From Octopus vulgaris (lineage: Eukaryota): a stretch of 64,000 nucleotides of DNA. The first letter of the stretch is position 1; every line of letters starts with the position of its first letter. The translations under genes and the position numbers were made by a program. The stretch lies in contig OX597817.1 in assembly GCA_951406725.2 (NCBI GenBank), forward strand, positions 124,806,001 through 124,870,000, given 5' to 3'. The notes beneath the pieces were generated by a model. It ran no database searches. It worked only from the letters and a program-made list of their open reading frames with translations, and was not told the DNA's origin. This document shows, one piece after another, positions 42,256-58,325 of the stretch.

Positions 42256-45200
42256 TGTAGAATTTATGTATACCACATAAAGAAAAGCATCATAACAACC
42301 TCTAAAATATTATCTTCTCATCATCATTATCATCATCGTTGTCATCATTGTCATCATTATTATCATTATTATCATCTTTGTTATCAACATTTAACCTCTG
42401 TTTTCCATGCTTCCATGGGCTGAATTTGCTTGAATGGATCTGCCAAATTGCATAACCATGTCAAACTCCTCCTCAGATAAATCAAAAGTTTTTCTCTAAA
42501 CTATTTAAGAAGAGTAAATTTTAAAAATTAAGAAAATTTAGTGACATTGAGCTTTTTATTCAAAATATTGGCTAATTCATTCAAAGTCATTAAACGAAAA
42601 CAATTTTATAAAATAATCGTTGGTTCTTTATTGCAAACTCATTCATAGAAAGATCATTAATAAACCAAAATGGCAATAGTCTTACTGGTCAGTCTGTAAA
42701 ATTTGTCATATTTTAGTTTTTTTCTTAAATGATAAATGAAAATAAGACTTTTTATCTGTGTCAGTCTTGAAACTTTGACTTAATGATTTGCAGTAAATTT
42801 TCAAGACAGCTCAAAAGAACAGCTGTTAAATATGAAGGATTGTTATTTACAGAAGTTTGGGAAGGTGAGTATAAATTAGAAGAAGAATCGATTTGCAGAT
42901 TTCAGCTGTGAATAAATATAAGTTTTATTGTTAATAACATCTGGGGAGACTGGGGTAACAAAAGAAAGAAAATTGTTTCAATTATGTTTTTTTTTTTTAT
43001 GCCAACTAAACACATACACTATATATTCGTTCTTCACTTATTTATTATTGTTCTTATTTTATTGCATGTCCATTGTCTAGAAATCTTTCATCACACATTT
43101 GTGACCTCCTCAGTGACCCTTCCCTCCCTGTGTCTCCTCTTGTTCAGCTTAGTTTCAATATGAGTTTTCAAAAAATAAAATGTCAAGTGTCCTTCAGTAT
43201 TATTATGTGGAGATGTGATTATAAGTATTTATTTGTGCAAATATAAAAGCTTGCTTCACAACTGTGTGGTTTTGGGTTCAATATCTCGGCACAACACTTG
43301 AATAAATATCGTCTGCTATAAATCTATGCTGACTAAAGCTATGTGAGTGGATTTGGTTGATAGAAACTGAAAGAAACATGTTTATGCATGCATTTGTGTG
43401 TGTGCACGTATATGCATGTATGCATGTGTTTGTTTTTCTGAGTGTTTCTTATCTCTTTGTGTTGACATTACATGATAGCTATAAATGAGCATCGCTATCA
43501 TACAAGCAATATTACCCATTTCTTGTCTTCTGTGAAAACATCTCTAGTCCTGGGAAAAATACTACCTTTATAAGAAACAGGTAATAATTGGCTGAAGGAA
43601 GGTCATCTGGCTATGGAAAATGTGTGTGTGTATGTGTGGCATATTCCATCTAACACATACAAGCATGGAAAAGTAGATATTAAAATGATGATGTTTACAT
43701 GGCTAGTAAGTTCATTATCTGGTTTAAGAACAGTATATAGTACTTGCAAATGAATGCCAATTCATATGATTCTGTCCTTTATGTAAAAATTTATGTAAGA
43801 GTGGTACATTTGCTTCAGCAGCTTAACATCAGTGTGAATATGAAGCAGAAAAATACAACATTGAAGCAGTCTTCAACATCTTTGGAAACAGTGTATGAAC
43901 TATTTAAACTTGATCCAGGCCTGGGACCAGAAAGATATGCCTAGTTGTTCATTCAAAAAACCATAGGTACATTAATATCATATGAGTGCGTGACATAAAC
44001 TTTTGAGGGTGGCACAAGTGTAAGCAGTGATGTATCCTTGATTGAATCAAGTCTCGTATGTTATTGGCAATAATTTGCCTGACCTGGGCAAACAAGTGTC
44101 AGAATCAATATTGGTAGAAGTTCAACTATATAATTTGGAAATATTGAAATTCAAAAACAAATACAACACAAGCTGATTATTTTGGGTTGTCTGGAAAGTT
44201 TGTGCCGAGTTTTAAAGGAAAGAAAAAGGTCAATAAATACTTGCCATTACATATTTAATCAACCAAATATGAACCATTTTGCTGCACAATGTGTCTCCAT
44301 CTTCAAAATACCTTCTTACCAGAATTGAGGTGGTTTCATGACAAAGAATTCATCAAGGTATCTTTTTACGTTATCCAAGGAATAGAAATTTTTATCATTA
44401 AGACTATTCTGCAGAGACCTGAATAAGAGGAAATCCGAAGGAGCAATATCTGGTGAATAAGGATGGTGGGGTAACACATCTCAGCCGAGCTGCAGCAACT
44501 TTTGTCTGGTTCCCAAAGAAACGTGCTTACTACCTAAGTGTGAAACAGAAGAGTCATTTCATTTCCTTAACTAGTACAGTGCATTTAGAGTAAATAGTAT
44601 TTGTTAGTGTTACACTGCAATGCAGTCATCAGAATTTGAAAATATGATGTAGAAGTACCACAAACTAAAAATAAGACAATAGTCAAGCTATATATCAAAA
44701 AGTAATTACTCATTAATAATTCCAGGCTTGATTTAAAATTTAAAAGACTTAAAAATAAAGTATAAGAAATAAACAAACAATTATTATTATAAAGAAATTC
44801 TTTCTCCAGCCCAATAGGAATATTTGATTGTGTATAATACAACAAAGTGAATTAATAAGCAATCAAAAGGATTTTGAATTATCGTAAAAATACATGTTCT
44901 CTCTGTTACTTCATATTGATGTTGCATTGCATAAAAGGCATAAAAATTAAATATTTTCTTTCTAATACTTTAGATCTATAATTAATATATTTTCTCACAC
45001 TATTATGTACACCCACACACATGCATGCACTCATGTACACGTACATACAGACACACATACACTCATGCGCACACACACACACACACACAGACATACACAC
45101 ACACACACACTGCTTCTACAGTTATTACATATTTTTCTTTTGTAAAAGTGATGTGCTTATCTGAAATTAATATCGGTATGCCATGCACTGTGGAAATGAA

Positions 45201-45553
45201 AGACTCAGAGCTCTGTAAAGAGAACTCAACTAGTTTACTGCAATAAAACGCAGTCAGGCAGATGCTCTCCACCCTGACATAAAAATACATATATACACGT
45301 AGATGAGGAGTCATGCTTGTGTCAATAAATGCTAGCTATCAAGCCTGTACTGTTAAGTAGATATTCTTATACTATCAATAGATACATGGGCTTTGGTGTT
45401 TGGTAAGAAGCTTGCTTACCAATCATGTGATGTCAGTTTCAGTGTTTGACACTTTGGGTGTATCTCTTCTTTTAAAGCTCCAGGAACACCAGAGCCTTGC
45501 AAGAGGATCTGGTAGATGGAACATGAAAGTAGCTTATCATATACAAACATATA

Positions 45554-45588
<35 letters not shown>

Positions 45589-46100
45589 ATATGTAAAGGT
45601 AACATCCAAGGATCAAGTTGTAGGAAGTTAGTAAGCTTCAACCAGTCTGTATAAGATATACAGAATTACTTTCAAGAGCATAGCAGTTTATTGACATAGA
45701 AGGTTGTGGTAAGTAGCTTGTTTACCAACCACATGGTTCCGGGTTCATTCCCACTGTGTGGTATCTTGGGCAAGTGTCTTCTACTATAGTCTCGGGCCAA
45801 CCAAAGCCTTGTGAGTGGATTTGGTTGATGGAAACTGAAAGAAGCCCATCGTATATGTGTATATATATATATATGTATGTGTATGTGTGTGTGTTTGTCC
45901 CTCTAGCATTACTTGATTACCGATGCTGGTGTGTTTATGTCCCCGTCACTTAGCAGTTCAGCAAAAAGAGACTGATAGAATAAGTACTGGGCTTACAATG
46001 AATAAGTCCCGGGGTTGAGTTGCTCGATTAAAAGGCAGTGCTCCAGCATGGCCGCAGTCAAATGACTGAAACAAGTAAAAGAGTAAAAAGAGAGTAAAAG

Positions 46101-46146
<46 letters not shown>

Positions 46147-46472
46147 TCATCATCATCACCATCAATATCTATTTCCCATGCTGGCATGAGTTGGAGAATT
46201 TGACAGGAGCTTACAAATCTGATGATTGGCAGTATAAAGAGCCTCTTGCTGATTATGGAGCAAGAAAGATGAGTACTTCTGGAAGCAAGAATGAGATGAG
46301 GAGCAGTGACTTGGCTACCTGTAGCTCCTCACCTATTGGAGGGTATTATAGTTCAGGTTCAAAATAGATGATCATCGTTGGATACAGTTTCATGACATCA
46401 GTTCCTCCTGGCCACAGCTCCATTCACCTTGGTGAGTAGAAAGAAGCAACTTCTTCTCGATGCTTTCAAAAC

Positions 46473-46503
<31 letters not shown>

Positions 46504-49500
46504 ATCAACATCAGCAACATCTATTTTCCATTCTGCCATGAGTTGAATGGTTTTTACAGAAGCAAAAGACTGTACTGTCTGCTTTGGCATGATTTCTACA
46601 ACTGGATGTCCTTCTTAATACCAACCACTTTTCAGAAAGTACCGACTTCTTTTTATGTGGCACCATCAGCAGTGAGGTTATCCTGTAATTAGCACAAAAA
46701 GACCACCCAACTTCAACAGCGGTGTGAGGAACAGTTGTTGTGGGAGGTGGCTTCGTGCTACTTGATAAGAGGCTAGAGTATGAATAGTGGGTCATAAATT
46801 AGTGTCTTGTGGTAAAGGAGGTAGCCATGTATGGCTACCTCAGTTGGAGAGAGAGAGAGAGAAGTCGGGGAAGTTGTGATGGTGGGATTACACGCAAGTT
46901 ACATCAAGGTGATATAAGTGAAGTGGAACCAAATACTTTGTAGGGTGGGTAAGGTGACAAGACTGTAAAAAGGGTGTGAGAGGTGGAGGAGAGGGAATTT
47001 AAGGAGTGGACAAATGGTAGGAGGGGATGATAGAAAGATATGTGGTACGAAAGAGATTAATTGGGGACACATTGTGTGCAGGTAGGTTAGTAAGTTTGCA
47101 AAGGGAGAGAAAGGGAGATTGAGGGACAGAGAATGTGGTGTGGGAGGACCCCGTCTGAAGGGAAGGGGGAGGTGTTAGGAAGATAGGTCATGAGTGGGAG
47201 CTTTATCAGAGGCTGCTTGTATAAAAAGACATGGACTTAAACAACATGCATTTATGGCCTTGATGTTATTTAGTGGAACATGTCTTCTCAAACACAGCAA
47301 ACAGCCGACGCTGCTGTGTTTACATCCCCGTAACTTAGAGGTTCAGCAAAAGCAGACCAATAGAATAAGTACCAGGCCTACAAAGAATAAGTCCTGGGAC
47401 CAATTTGCTCAACTAAAGGTGGTGCCCCAGCATGGCCGCAGTCAAATGACTGAAACAAGTAAAAGAAAATTTCAGTTTGAGCTGGTTATCCATTTCAATA
47501 GACTTAGAAGGCTGATGGCAAATGAAACTTTAAAGTCAATAGTAATATAGTTATTGAAAAATATCCTTTGCTATGACTGTTTGTAATCAATGCTTTATGC
47601 AGTTAAGTTTCATTGATTTTAAGCCTGTAAAAACTTAACTGTAAAATGCATGCCAGAAAAAAGAAATGAAACCGCCACATGTGTACATAATCCAGACAGT
47701 TCCATTAAAAATCTGAGATTTCGGTGCTGTCAGTGATGATTGTAAAATATAAAAGAAATTTTCTATCATATCTAGAGATGTATATAGGTACATATGATAA
47801 AGCTTACTATAAGCATCATTTAAAATTTACCAAAGATATATGTTGGTACTTAACACTTTCGTTAACATATTTCTACCGATATCCGTGCCGGTGGCACATA
47901 AAAAGGCACCCACTACACTCATGGAGTGGTTGGCGTTAGGAAGGGCATCCAGCCATAGAAACATTGCCAGATCAGACTGGGCCTGATGCAGCCTTCTGGC
48001 TTTCCAGACCCCTGTTGCACCGTCCAACCCATGCCAGCATGGAAAGTGGACACTAAACGATGATGATGATGATGATGATGATACAGAGGTTTTGTTTCAA
48101 TTGATTTTGAAAATAAGGAAGAGTTTAGTAAAATATCTTCGCATTATAGAATAAGTACCAGGCCTACTTTGAAGTTTCAAGTAATCATATCAAACTTGTG
48201 ACTGCATCCAGTATGCTTAGTTGATGGGCAAAAGAGGAAAAGACAGGGTGCATTTTAACTCAGATCATAAAGTTCTATAAGCAAATACTATAAGGTATTT
48301 TTTTCCCAAAGGCTTTACTCATTTAGCTGATTTATTTCCAGTTTTGAAAAACGAACCAGTCTTATGAATTGGAAAGTGAGAAATGTAGTTTCACCAATGT
48401 AATATTGACAACTTCTGATGCACACATGGACTTGGCAAAAGTAATTTCAAAATATCTAATGTTCCTAAACACTGTAAAATATATTCCGTTACAAAAGCAC
48501 ATATATGTTGAAGTAACTTACTATTAGTTAAATTCCTTGTTAATATGAGAGATTTCAGGAAAGATAAAACTTATCTCCACGATTAAATTTTCTAGAATAA
48601 ATCTACTTAGATGATGAACATTAAAAATTGAATTCAGGTTAAGTACATTAGAATAATTTAACCTGAATGACTAACATGTACACATGTACAAACACACACA
48701 CACATGCACGCGTGCACACACACACACACACACACGCACGTACACAGAGACACACACTCACACAGGTAAAATTTATTCTTATGCTGCTACTGAAGCATTA
48801 GTCAAAAGAGAAAGAATTACAACCAACATAAACTTTCTTGAAAAATATGAAAAATTTCAGAAAAAGTTATATAAAACCAAATTATTATGTTAGATATTGA
48901 TTCTAAGAGAGTAAACTGACTCTAATTTGGTTTTCTGATATACATCAGTAATTTTAACAATCATGCCATTTCAAATTTACTAGTCAGAAGTATACTATAA
49001 CATGAAGAAGAATAAAAACAGCACGAAAAACATCTCAGATAAAATGTGAAGACTTGATATTATTATCTTTGCATAATAATCTCTGTATCTGCTTATCTTC
49101 ATGCAAACTCCTTTACTAATAGCAACTCATTCAGCATATTAAGAAACATTATCTTACTGTCTGCATCTCCTTGATGAATATTGACTATTTTGACAAACAA
49201 TTAAATATTCTCATCAAAAGAATTTTTTTTTAATTTTTTTCTTTTTTTTTTTAATTCAGTGAAGTATGATTTTAGTGTTTTTAAACTTAAAACAAAACTT
49301 TGATATTCAAATTGCTATATAAAATTTCTTCTTGTATGATCTACGGAAGAGATAAAAACATTCTATTAAGCTATTTCGCTCTTGAAAAGCTGGCACTTTT
49401 ATGTACAGCTTGTAAATCAAATTTTTTAGTGTCAGTAATATCATTTTTCATTCAACAGAATCTATTTCATTTAATTTGATTGAAAAGTCATTAAAATTCA

Positions 49501-49742
49501 TTTTATGAAGCAAAGAGATATGTCAATTGTTTGAAATATGTTTTCTCCCCAGAAAGCATTACCATCTAAATTTTTATACTTTTTAATATCTATTGAAATA
49601 AATTTCAAAATGGTATTTATAATAATTATGATAGATATTATGATAGATACCCCCAACATACACACGTGCAAACACACCAACACACAAACACAAATGCATT
49701 GACATATACATACATACATACATACATACATACATACATACA

Positions 49743-49774
<32 letters not shown>

Positions 49775-50547
49775 CATATACATACATATATATGCATGTG
49801 TATGTATGTGTCTCTTTATATTTGTGAGAGCGTACATAAGGTGTATGATTTAGTGTTCTTGTATATACATGTGTGCCAGTGTTTACACACACACACACAT
49901 GCACACACACAAACGCACACACACAGAGCTTAAGGGTTCAGTGACTTTTTCTCACCACAAACTTTATCCTCCTTTCCAGCTCCATCCCACTTTCTCTCAC
50001 CCACTGTTACATAATGTAAAATCGCCATTCATTTCCTCTGCAGCAAAATAACCTATTCCTGTTTCTTCTTTCATACTTAGCAAAAACGTGCCTCCTCCCA
50101 CTCTCCTGTATCCCACTGCCAGTTAATGAGACACTTTAGCCTGTGAATTACAAGGTAACATCACCAGTACCAGCTCCATATAAAAAGACACCCAAACACC
50201 CAGTACACTCTGTATAATGGTTATCAGCATAGAGACGTTCCTGTTATGGTGAGGAGAAATATGATACATGGGAGGGAAGTGAGAACTGAGCCCTTGTGAA
50301 TTCTCATCTACACACTAAATTAATTACTCACTTGTTGGTAATTCTCACTTCAGTTGCAGCACCTGTGTACTTGGTGGGATCTCAGCAGCCATTTATCTAC
50401 TCCTAGCTTCCATAGTGACCACCAGATCAGAAAGTGGTTAGCAAACAATTGCACTAATAGCTGGAACATAAGCTAGACAAATTGGTGTCCCATAGACAAG
50501 CTGAAGCTAGAGATTTACGAATGTATTGCTGTAAGAGGATCAGAGAC

Positions 50548-50578
<31 letters not shown>

Positions 50579-50580
50579 TG

Positions 50581-50614
<34 letters not shown>

Positions 50615-50694
50615 TGTATGTATGTATGTATGTATGTATGTATGTATGTATGTACGTATGTATGTATGTATGTATGTATGTATGTATGTATGTA

Positions 50695-50752
<58 letters not shown>

Positions 50753-51614
50753 AAACAAAGTGATTTTCACCTATGTTAAGAGTCTTTTCAGAATTGACAG
50801 TTGTTTTCATCTGTTTGTACTGCCTGACTGGCTCCCATGCTAGCAGCCTGTAAAAAGGACCATTTGAGCATTGTTGATGCCAGTGCTGCCTGACTGGCCC
50901 CCATGCCGGTGGCACATAAAAAGCACCCCCTACACTCTCAGAGTGGTTGGCCTTAGGAAAGGCATCCGGCTGTAGAAAACGTGCCAGGACAGATTGGACC
51001 TGGGCACAGCCTCCTAGCTAGCTAGTTCTCAGTCAAACTGTCCAACCCATGCCAGCATGGACAGGGGACATTAAACAATGATGATGATAATGATGATTTC
51101 AACTCTAACTCTAAATAAAGCTGAAAGTTGTGGGAAAAATACAAAGACCAAAAGAAAAAAAAAAGCAGAAAGCACTACTGAAAACAATTACTTCTTTATA
51201 GCAGAATTCAAAAGCTGAAAACAGCAAATAATACTTGCACAATAACTTCCTTCCTTAAGGTTTCCTTGAAATTTTTTTTTTTTCAATATATTTAACAGTA
51301 TTTAAAAAAATCTTTATATTATTACTTGTGTGAATCACATATTCCCCACAGGTATGTTTTTAAATACTACATATATGAATATTCATATAGAGACACGCAT
51401 GCATGTATGTATATATATATATATATATATATAGCACTTGCATAATAACTTAGGCATAGGTGTAGCTGTGTGGTAAGTAGCTTCCTTCCCAACAACATGG
51501 TTCTGGGTTCAGTCCCACTGTGTGACACCTTGGGCAAGTGTCTTCTACTATAGCCTTGGGCTGACCATAGCCTTGTGAGTGAATTTAGCAGACAGTGGCT
51601 GAAAGAAGCCCATC

Positions 51615-51654
<40 letters not shown>

Positions 51655-51820
51655 TAGAAAAAAACACCTTTTATCAATTCAATAATGAAAATTTAAATGA
51701 TGCCATTTAGAAAAATTACATATTATAGAAAGATTAAATATAAGATAAAACATATAACAATGATTAAGTAATGTGCAAAATGATAAATAAAACATATATA
51801 TTTGGTAGAATAGAGACACG

Positions 51821-51854
<34 letters not shown>

Positions 51855-51905
51855 ATTATTATTATTATTATTAAGATATATATATATATATACACACACA
51901 CATAT

Positions 51906-52520
51906 AGGGTGCAGTGAATAAATTGCTGTCTAAATTATGCAAAAATGAAAATAACACTGACATCTCAGTTTAACAAATATATTTATGAAAATTGCATGAA
52001 TGTATCTTCAAATACTAAAGAGCAAATTTATTAAATACAATCGCCATTGGCTTCAATCACAGCCTTCAGGCGACTTTGGAAACTGCTGCAGTCTACTTGT
52101 TCTGGACAGTCTACTTGTTTAAGTTGGGGAATGCTGCCATAATACTTGCCTTCATTTCATTTTTGGTGTTATATGGAGTTTTGTTGGTTTCTCACTCAAC
52201 TGTACCACACACATAATAATCAATGGTGTTGCAGTCTGCGGAGTTAGGTGACCTGATGCTAGGAAAGGTATTGTCACAGAAATTGTCTGACAGCTACGAC
52301 TGCATCCTCCTGCTGTGGGGGATGGTGCAGAGTCTTGTTTCCAGACATAGGGTGTTCCTGCAACCACGTTCTTGCCTCAAGGCAGCACTACCTCCTCCAG
52401 GCGCTTGATATAGACCTCTGTGTTGAGTGTGAGGCTGCGTGGGAAGATGAATGGAGGCATAACGTCGCCATCACTAGTGATCACTCCAAAAACCATGATG
52501 TTGATTTTATGTTTGATTTT
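51906..52520 (-). mobile_element. Tc1/mariner DD37D (maT-type) transposase 3' fragment
   Basis: YVWKQDSAP...SPNSADCNTIDY, with 37 residues between the Ds after correcting one frameshift. Confidence 0.7.
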
Positions 52521-52793
52521 ATCCCTTTTGGTACATGTCCTCAGATTTCACTGTCTTAAGATTAACACCCAAATACTCAGAAATGTTCATACTGGAGCTT
52601 CTGGCATGAATGCCAAGCAGTACAGTATGTTGTTTCCAAATTACTGGCAGATTGAATTGCGTGATGGTGTTGTTTTTATTACAGATGGTGCTTATCTGTC
52701 CCTACTATTCTATGTAGTTGATAAAATCAAAAACAATCAATGCACATGTGCAAAATTAATATTATTAAATGTTGACGATTTACCCAACATACC

Positions 52794-52845
<52 letters not shown>

Positions 52846-53656
52846 TCTTTTACTTGTTTTACTCGTTTCAGTCATTTGACTGTGGCCTTGCTGGAGCACC
52901 ACCTTTAGCCGAATAAATCGACCCCAGGACTTATTCTTTATAAGCCTAGTATGTATTCTATCAGTCTCTTTTGCCAAACTGCTAAGTGTCTGGGATGTAA
53001 ACACTCCAACATCGGTTGCCAAGCAATGGTGGGGGGGGGACAAACACAGACAGATACAACAAACACATACATATATATACATATATATATATCCAATGGG
53101 CTTCTATCAGTTTCCATCTACCAAATCCAATCACAAGGCTTTGGTTGGCCTGAGGCTATAGTAGAAGACACTTGCCCTAGGTGCCATGCAATGGGACTGA
53201 TCCTGGAACCATGCTGCTGGGAAGCAAGCTTCTTACCCTACAGCCACTCCCGATATGTGTGTATATATATATATCATCATCATCATCATCATCATCGTTT
53301 AACGTCCGTTTGCCGCGCTAGCACGGGTTGGACTAAATATATAGCAAAAATTTAGATTCAAATAGTAGTAATTGGCATTTAGTTGTGACAATACTGTTTT
53401 CTACATAAATTCCTTATATGGAGCTATGACATCCCCTTTACCCTATTTCTATAATTAGAAATCTTTATTGCCCCCTTTCATTTGTTCTTCCCTCTCAGAA
53501 CCTAGTCTGGAACAACTGAATCTTAGTCAGTCAGTTGATGGGCTCCACTACCTCAAATGTTCTTAAAATTTAAATCCACATCTTTGTCTATATATCTACC
53601 TTCTCTATAATGTTGCCACTTGATATGAAAATTTTTGTATTAATGGAAAACCTCTA

Positions 53657-53719
53657 TAATTAGCTGATGAGTGCTCAGCATTTTAAAATGATGTAGTACG
53701 AAACGATCGTACCAAATTA
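53657..53719 (+). ncRNA. Type I hammerhead (same family as 9875-9963), stem I partly decayed
   Basis: TAG-CTGATGA-GTGCT..CATTTT/AAAATG..AGTAC-GAAA-CGATCG-TA-CCAAATTA, followed by CATTTTTGTTGCTT and (TA)n as in the 9.9-kb copy. Confidence 0.7.
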
Positions 53720-53796
53720 CCACAGTCATTTTTGTTGCTTATTTTGAGTATATATATATGTATTTATGTATGTATGTATGTATGCAAGTATGTATG

Positions 53797-53828
<32 letters not shown>

Positions 53829-54553
53829 CACACACACGCATACTCACATTCACATGCACAAATGCACACACGCACACACGCACTTACACACACGTGTACT
53901 AAACTTTTCCAAGAGAGATGTCTGTTTTCCACATAAAAACAGCTGCTCTCAGTCAATTTCAAATAGTTAATAACTACTTGTAGTATCCAGACTTGCCCCA
54001 ACTTTATTAATATCTAAAATAAACACTATCATATAGGTTAACTATATCTTGGATAAATTGCTTTAAAAAGATGTTAACAATCAGTCTTCACTCCATTCAG
54101 GAATGATGGTGAGTCATTTAGAAAAAATGTTGCATGTGAACCATCCAGAAAATATATATCTTGTTGATTTTTCATAAAATTGTGCAAGAAACAAAACAAC
54201 AACAGCATAATCAGCAACGACCACAACAATAATAATGATGATAACTTGGATTACTTTCTCTCTTATATTTCTTTTAAAATTATCTGGGAATGTATGTTTT
54301 ATTTTTTTTTTTCCAAGGATTTTGCACAAATATACACAATAACTGCAGATGAATTATTTTTGATTGGTTATTTGAACAATGTCTGTAGGAGCACTTTGTG
54401 ATATACAATATTCTTAGATTACTTAGACTACACAAAATAGCAGAAAAATAAAGTAGCATATGAGCCTCTCCGTCTTTAACATATATGAAGAAATTCATGT
54501 TTGAAGCAAGCATGAATTCTGTCTAAGCATGTGACAAATTGGTATATGGCCTA

Positions 54554-54785
54554 AGGCGGCGAGCTGGCAGAAACGTTAGCACGCTGGGCGAAATGCTTAG
54601 CGGTATTTCGTCTGCCGCTACATTCTGAGTTCAAATTCCGCCGAGGTCGACTTTGCCTTTCATCCTTTCGGGGTCGATAAATTAAGTACCAGTTACGCAC
54701 TGGGGTCGATGTAATCGACTTAATACCTATGTCTGTCCTTGTTTGTCCCCTCTGTGTTTAGCCTCTTGTGGGTAATAAAGAAATA
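54554..54785 (+). mobile_element. SINE family C with 13-bp TSD
   Basis: Head GGCGGCGAGCTGGCAGAA...GAGTTCAAATTCC, core GCCTTTCATCCTTTCGGGGTCGATAAATTAAGTACCAG, TSD GGTATATG(G/A)CCTA. Older copies at about 37735, 41085, 56220, 13250 (minus) and 48235 (minus). Confidence 0.85.
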
Positions 54786-55149
54786 GGTATATGACCTAGA
54801 CAAGTCCTATGTAGGCTGAAACATATTTGTCAGTCTTGTAAGTTACTACTCCAATGATATTTGCCTCACTCTAATGCTTATATTGCTTCAGATGAAAACT
54901 GCAGTATCATGCATTTCAGTGTTGTATATATATATATATAGTAATTTTGAGTTAATGTTACTTCAATTGCATTCACTGAAATATCCATATATATATGTGT
55001 ATAACTATGCATGCATGTATATGCATGTCTATTTGATTGTATGTATGTATATATATATTATAACTTATATATATATACATACACACACATGTACATACAT
55101 ACAAACAAACAAAATTAATATAAAATGCTATACATACATATAGATATAT

Positions 55150-55833
55150 ATAAGAATGGAAAGGGATGTGGATAGCTGTGTGAAAAAGTGCCACACCCTA
55201 GCAGTTGAGGGAGCCTGTGGGAGTGGTAGACCTAGGAAGACCTGGGATGAGGTGTTGAAGCATGACCTTCGAACATTGGGCCTCACCGAGGCAATGACTA
55301 GTGACTGAGACCTTTGGAAATATGCTGTGCTTCAGAAGACTCAGCAAGCACAAGTGAGACCATAACCTTATGGCCTATGCCAGGGGTGTAACCAGTCCAC
55401 TTATGCATACCTTTGCTTCATTGGACACTAACCTCTGCTTGCAAAGACCTGTTGAGGCAAGTGAAATCGAAATCGAAATCAAATTCGAGGACTGGCATCC
55501 ATGCTAGTGGAGCGCTAAGAGTACCATACGAGTGAGATCGTTGCTTGATCAACAAGCTGGCCTCCATGCTGATGGCATGTAAAAACACCATTTGAGCGTG
55601 ATCATTACCTGCATCATCTTACTGGCACTTGTGCTGGTGGCACGTAAAAGCACTCACTACACTCTCGGAGTGGTTGGCATTTGGAAGGGCATCCAGCTGT
55701 AGAAACTCTGCCAGATCAGATTGGAGTCTGGTGCAGCCATCTGGTTCGCCAGACCTCAGTTAAATCGTCCAACCCATGCTAGCATGGATAGCGGACGTTA
55801 AACGATGGTGATGATGATCATGATAATGATGAT
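55150..55833 (+). mobile_element. RTE LINE 3' end with 3' UTR and (GAT)n tail
   Basis: GRPRKTWDEVLKHDLRTLGL coding remnant, then a UTR ending GGACGTTAAACGATGGTGATGATG. UTR-only copies at about 10225, 14485, 37150, 46500, 47885, 50815 and 62040. Confidence 0.85.
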
Positions 55834-56014
55834 GATATATATATATATATATATATGACGGGCTTCTTTTAGTTTTTGTCTACCAAATCCACTTGCAAGG
55901 CTTTGGTCAGCACATGGCTATAGTAGAAGACATCTTTATATGTAAACCTCCACATTTTATGTTTGTCTTTGTATAGTCCCCCTCATTCTTAGCCCTTTTG
56001 GCAAATAAATGAAA

Positions 56015-56218
<204 letters not shown>

Positions 56219-56869
56219 TTAAGGCATTGACCCAGCAGAATCGTTAATATGTCAAATAAAATGCCTTGTGGCAATAAATCTGTCCTTACATTCTGAGTTT
56301 AGATGATGCTGGGGTTGACTTTGCCTTTCATCCTTTCAGAGTCGATAAAACAATCACCAGTTGAGCACTGGGGTCAACGTAATTGACTTACACCAGCCCC
56401 TGAAATAGCTGGATTTGTGCAATTATTATTATTTTCATTATTCATTGCTGGTTTAATTCTTCAGAAAATATTTCGAAAGAATATATATCATTTTCAATTA
56501 ATTTTTTACCTTTTATTTTTTACTTATTTCGGTCATTGAACTGCTGGAACATTACAGTGAAAGGTTTAATTGAACAAATCAATCATCTCCGGTACTAATT
56601 TTTTTAAGCCTGATATTTATCCTATCATCCCCTTTTGCTGAACCTCTAAGTTACAAGGTTGTAAACAAAACAAAACCAGTCGTCAAGTGGTGATGGTAAC
56701 AAACAAACATATATACACACATGTATGCTTAGAAACATACAAATATACATACATACATACATACATGCATAAATACATACATTCATACACACATACATAC
56801 ATACATACATCCATACATACATGCATACATGCATACATATATACATACATACATACATACATACATACA

Positions 56870-56905
<36 letters not shown>

Positions 56906-58253
56906 TAAATGGCAAGTTCTGTCACTCTGTCTGTCTGTTACCAACTTAGTGCCTAAACCACTAATATTCACAAAACTTTGCATACAAGTGACACTAACAT
57001 CCAGTTCAATATTAGGCTAAATGGATTTCAATGAAATTTTATAATGTGCCCCCAGGGCCATTCGGAGAATTATATAATAAAATGAGAAGGTTACAAAAAG
57101 TATATATCTGAGGTAGTAACAGAGAGGGAGTGACTTATATCAGCAAAGGTGAGAACAGTGGTAATATTGGGATGGAAATGTTAATAAAGCTGTCATATAC
57201 AATGACACTTCATGCATAGTTTTGTAAATACATAGATACAACACACACACAGAGAAAGGTGAGTGTGAAGAATACATAGCTTTAAGGAGAGAGAGGGTAG
57301 GTGGTTTTTCTGCTGTCTATCACAAATAAATACTCACACAGAGACACACACACATATACATACATATAAACATTCATACAAATGTACATACATATGTTTA
57401 CTATACACTATTTTAAACTCGTGATTACCTGTGCGTAGTTTCTAAATTTGTGTGTGTGTGTGTCACGTCCTATAACTGTCTGTCTCTCTACTTTTGTTGT
57501 GTCTTCCCTGTTGCTGTCACATATTGTGAGATTTAAAAATTACGTCGAAATGTTCAAATTTGGTATATGGAAATAATTTTCCACGTTAAATCCGATTTTG
57601 TTATTTATTTGCTCCTAACATCTAGCTGAACTATAGGTGAATTGGATTTCAATAAAAATCTGTAATGGACCCCCTAGGGAGTGGGGCTGTAGCACATGTT
57701 TACAAATCAGCTACGATGAGATATGGCACGTGACAAATCCAGCTACAATACGTGGATTATTTGTCAATAAATTTGTAAATCTATCTATTTATCTAATTTA
57801 TTTTACTCAGATGCATATTCATTTCTTAAAATGACATAGAGACATTCCTTATTCATCCACTAATCGTATTAATACTTTGTAATACCTAATTTTACCAATA
57901 AACTATCAACATAAAGGTTAATACAATATTAAATGACTTAATTAGACCTAACTGATTCTAAAATTTATATATTGACATAGGATTGGGGATAGAAATGGAA
58001 GCAGAACTAAAACAGGAACGGAACAGAGAACAGGATAAGACATGAAACAGTGTAATGGGAATGGGACCTGGAAATAATCCTGCTTTTCTGGGTATTATTG
58101 GGTAATTCAGCTAGTGTATATATATATATATATATATGTATTCGATGGGGTGTTGACTAATCCATCAATGCAGTGTTGAGCACTCATTCTCATTATTTGA
58201 TATTTAAATACACACACAAACACACACACACATACACACACACACACACACAC

Positions 58254-58325
<72 letters not shown>

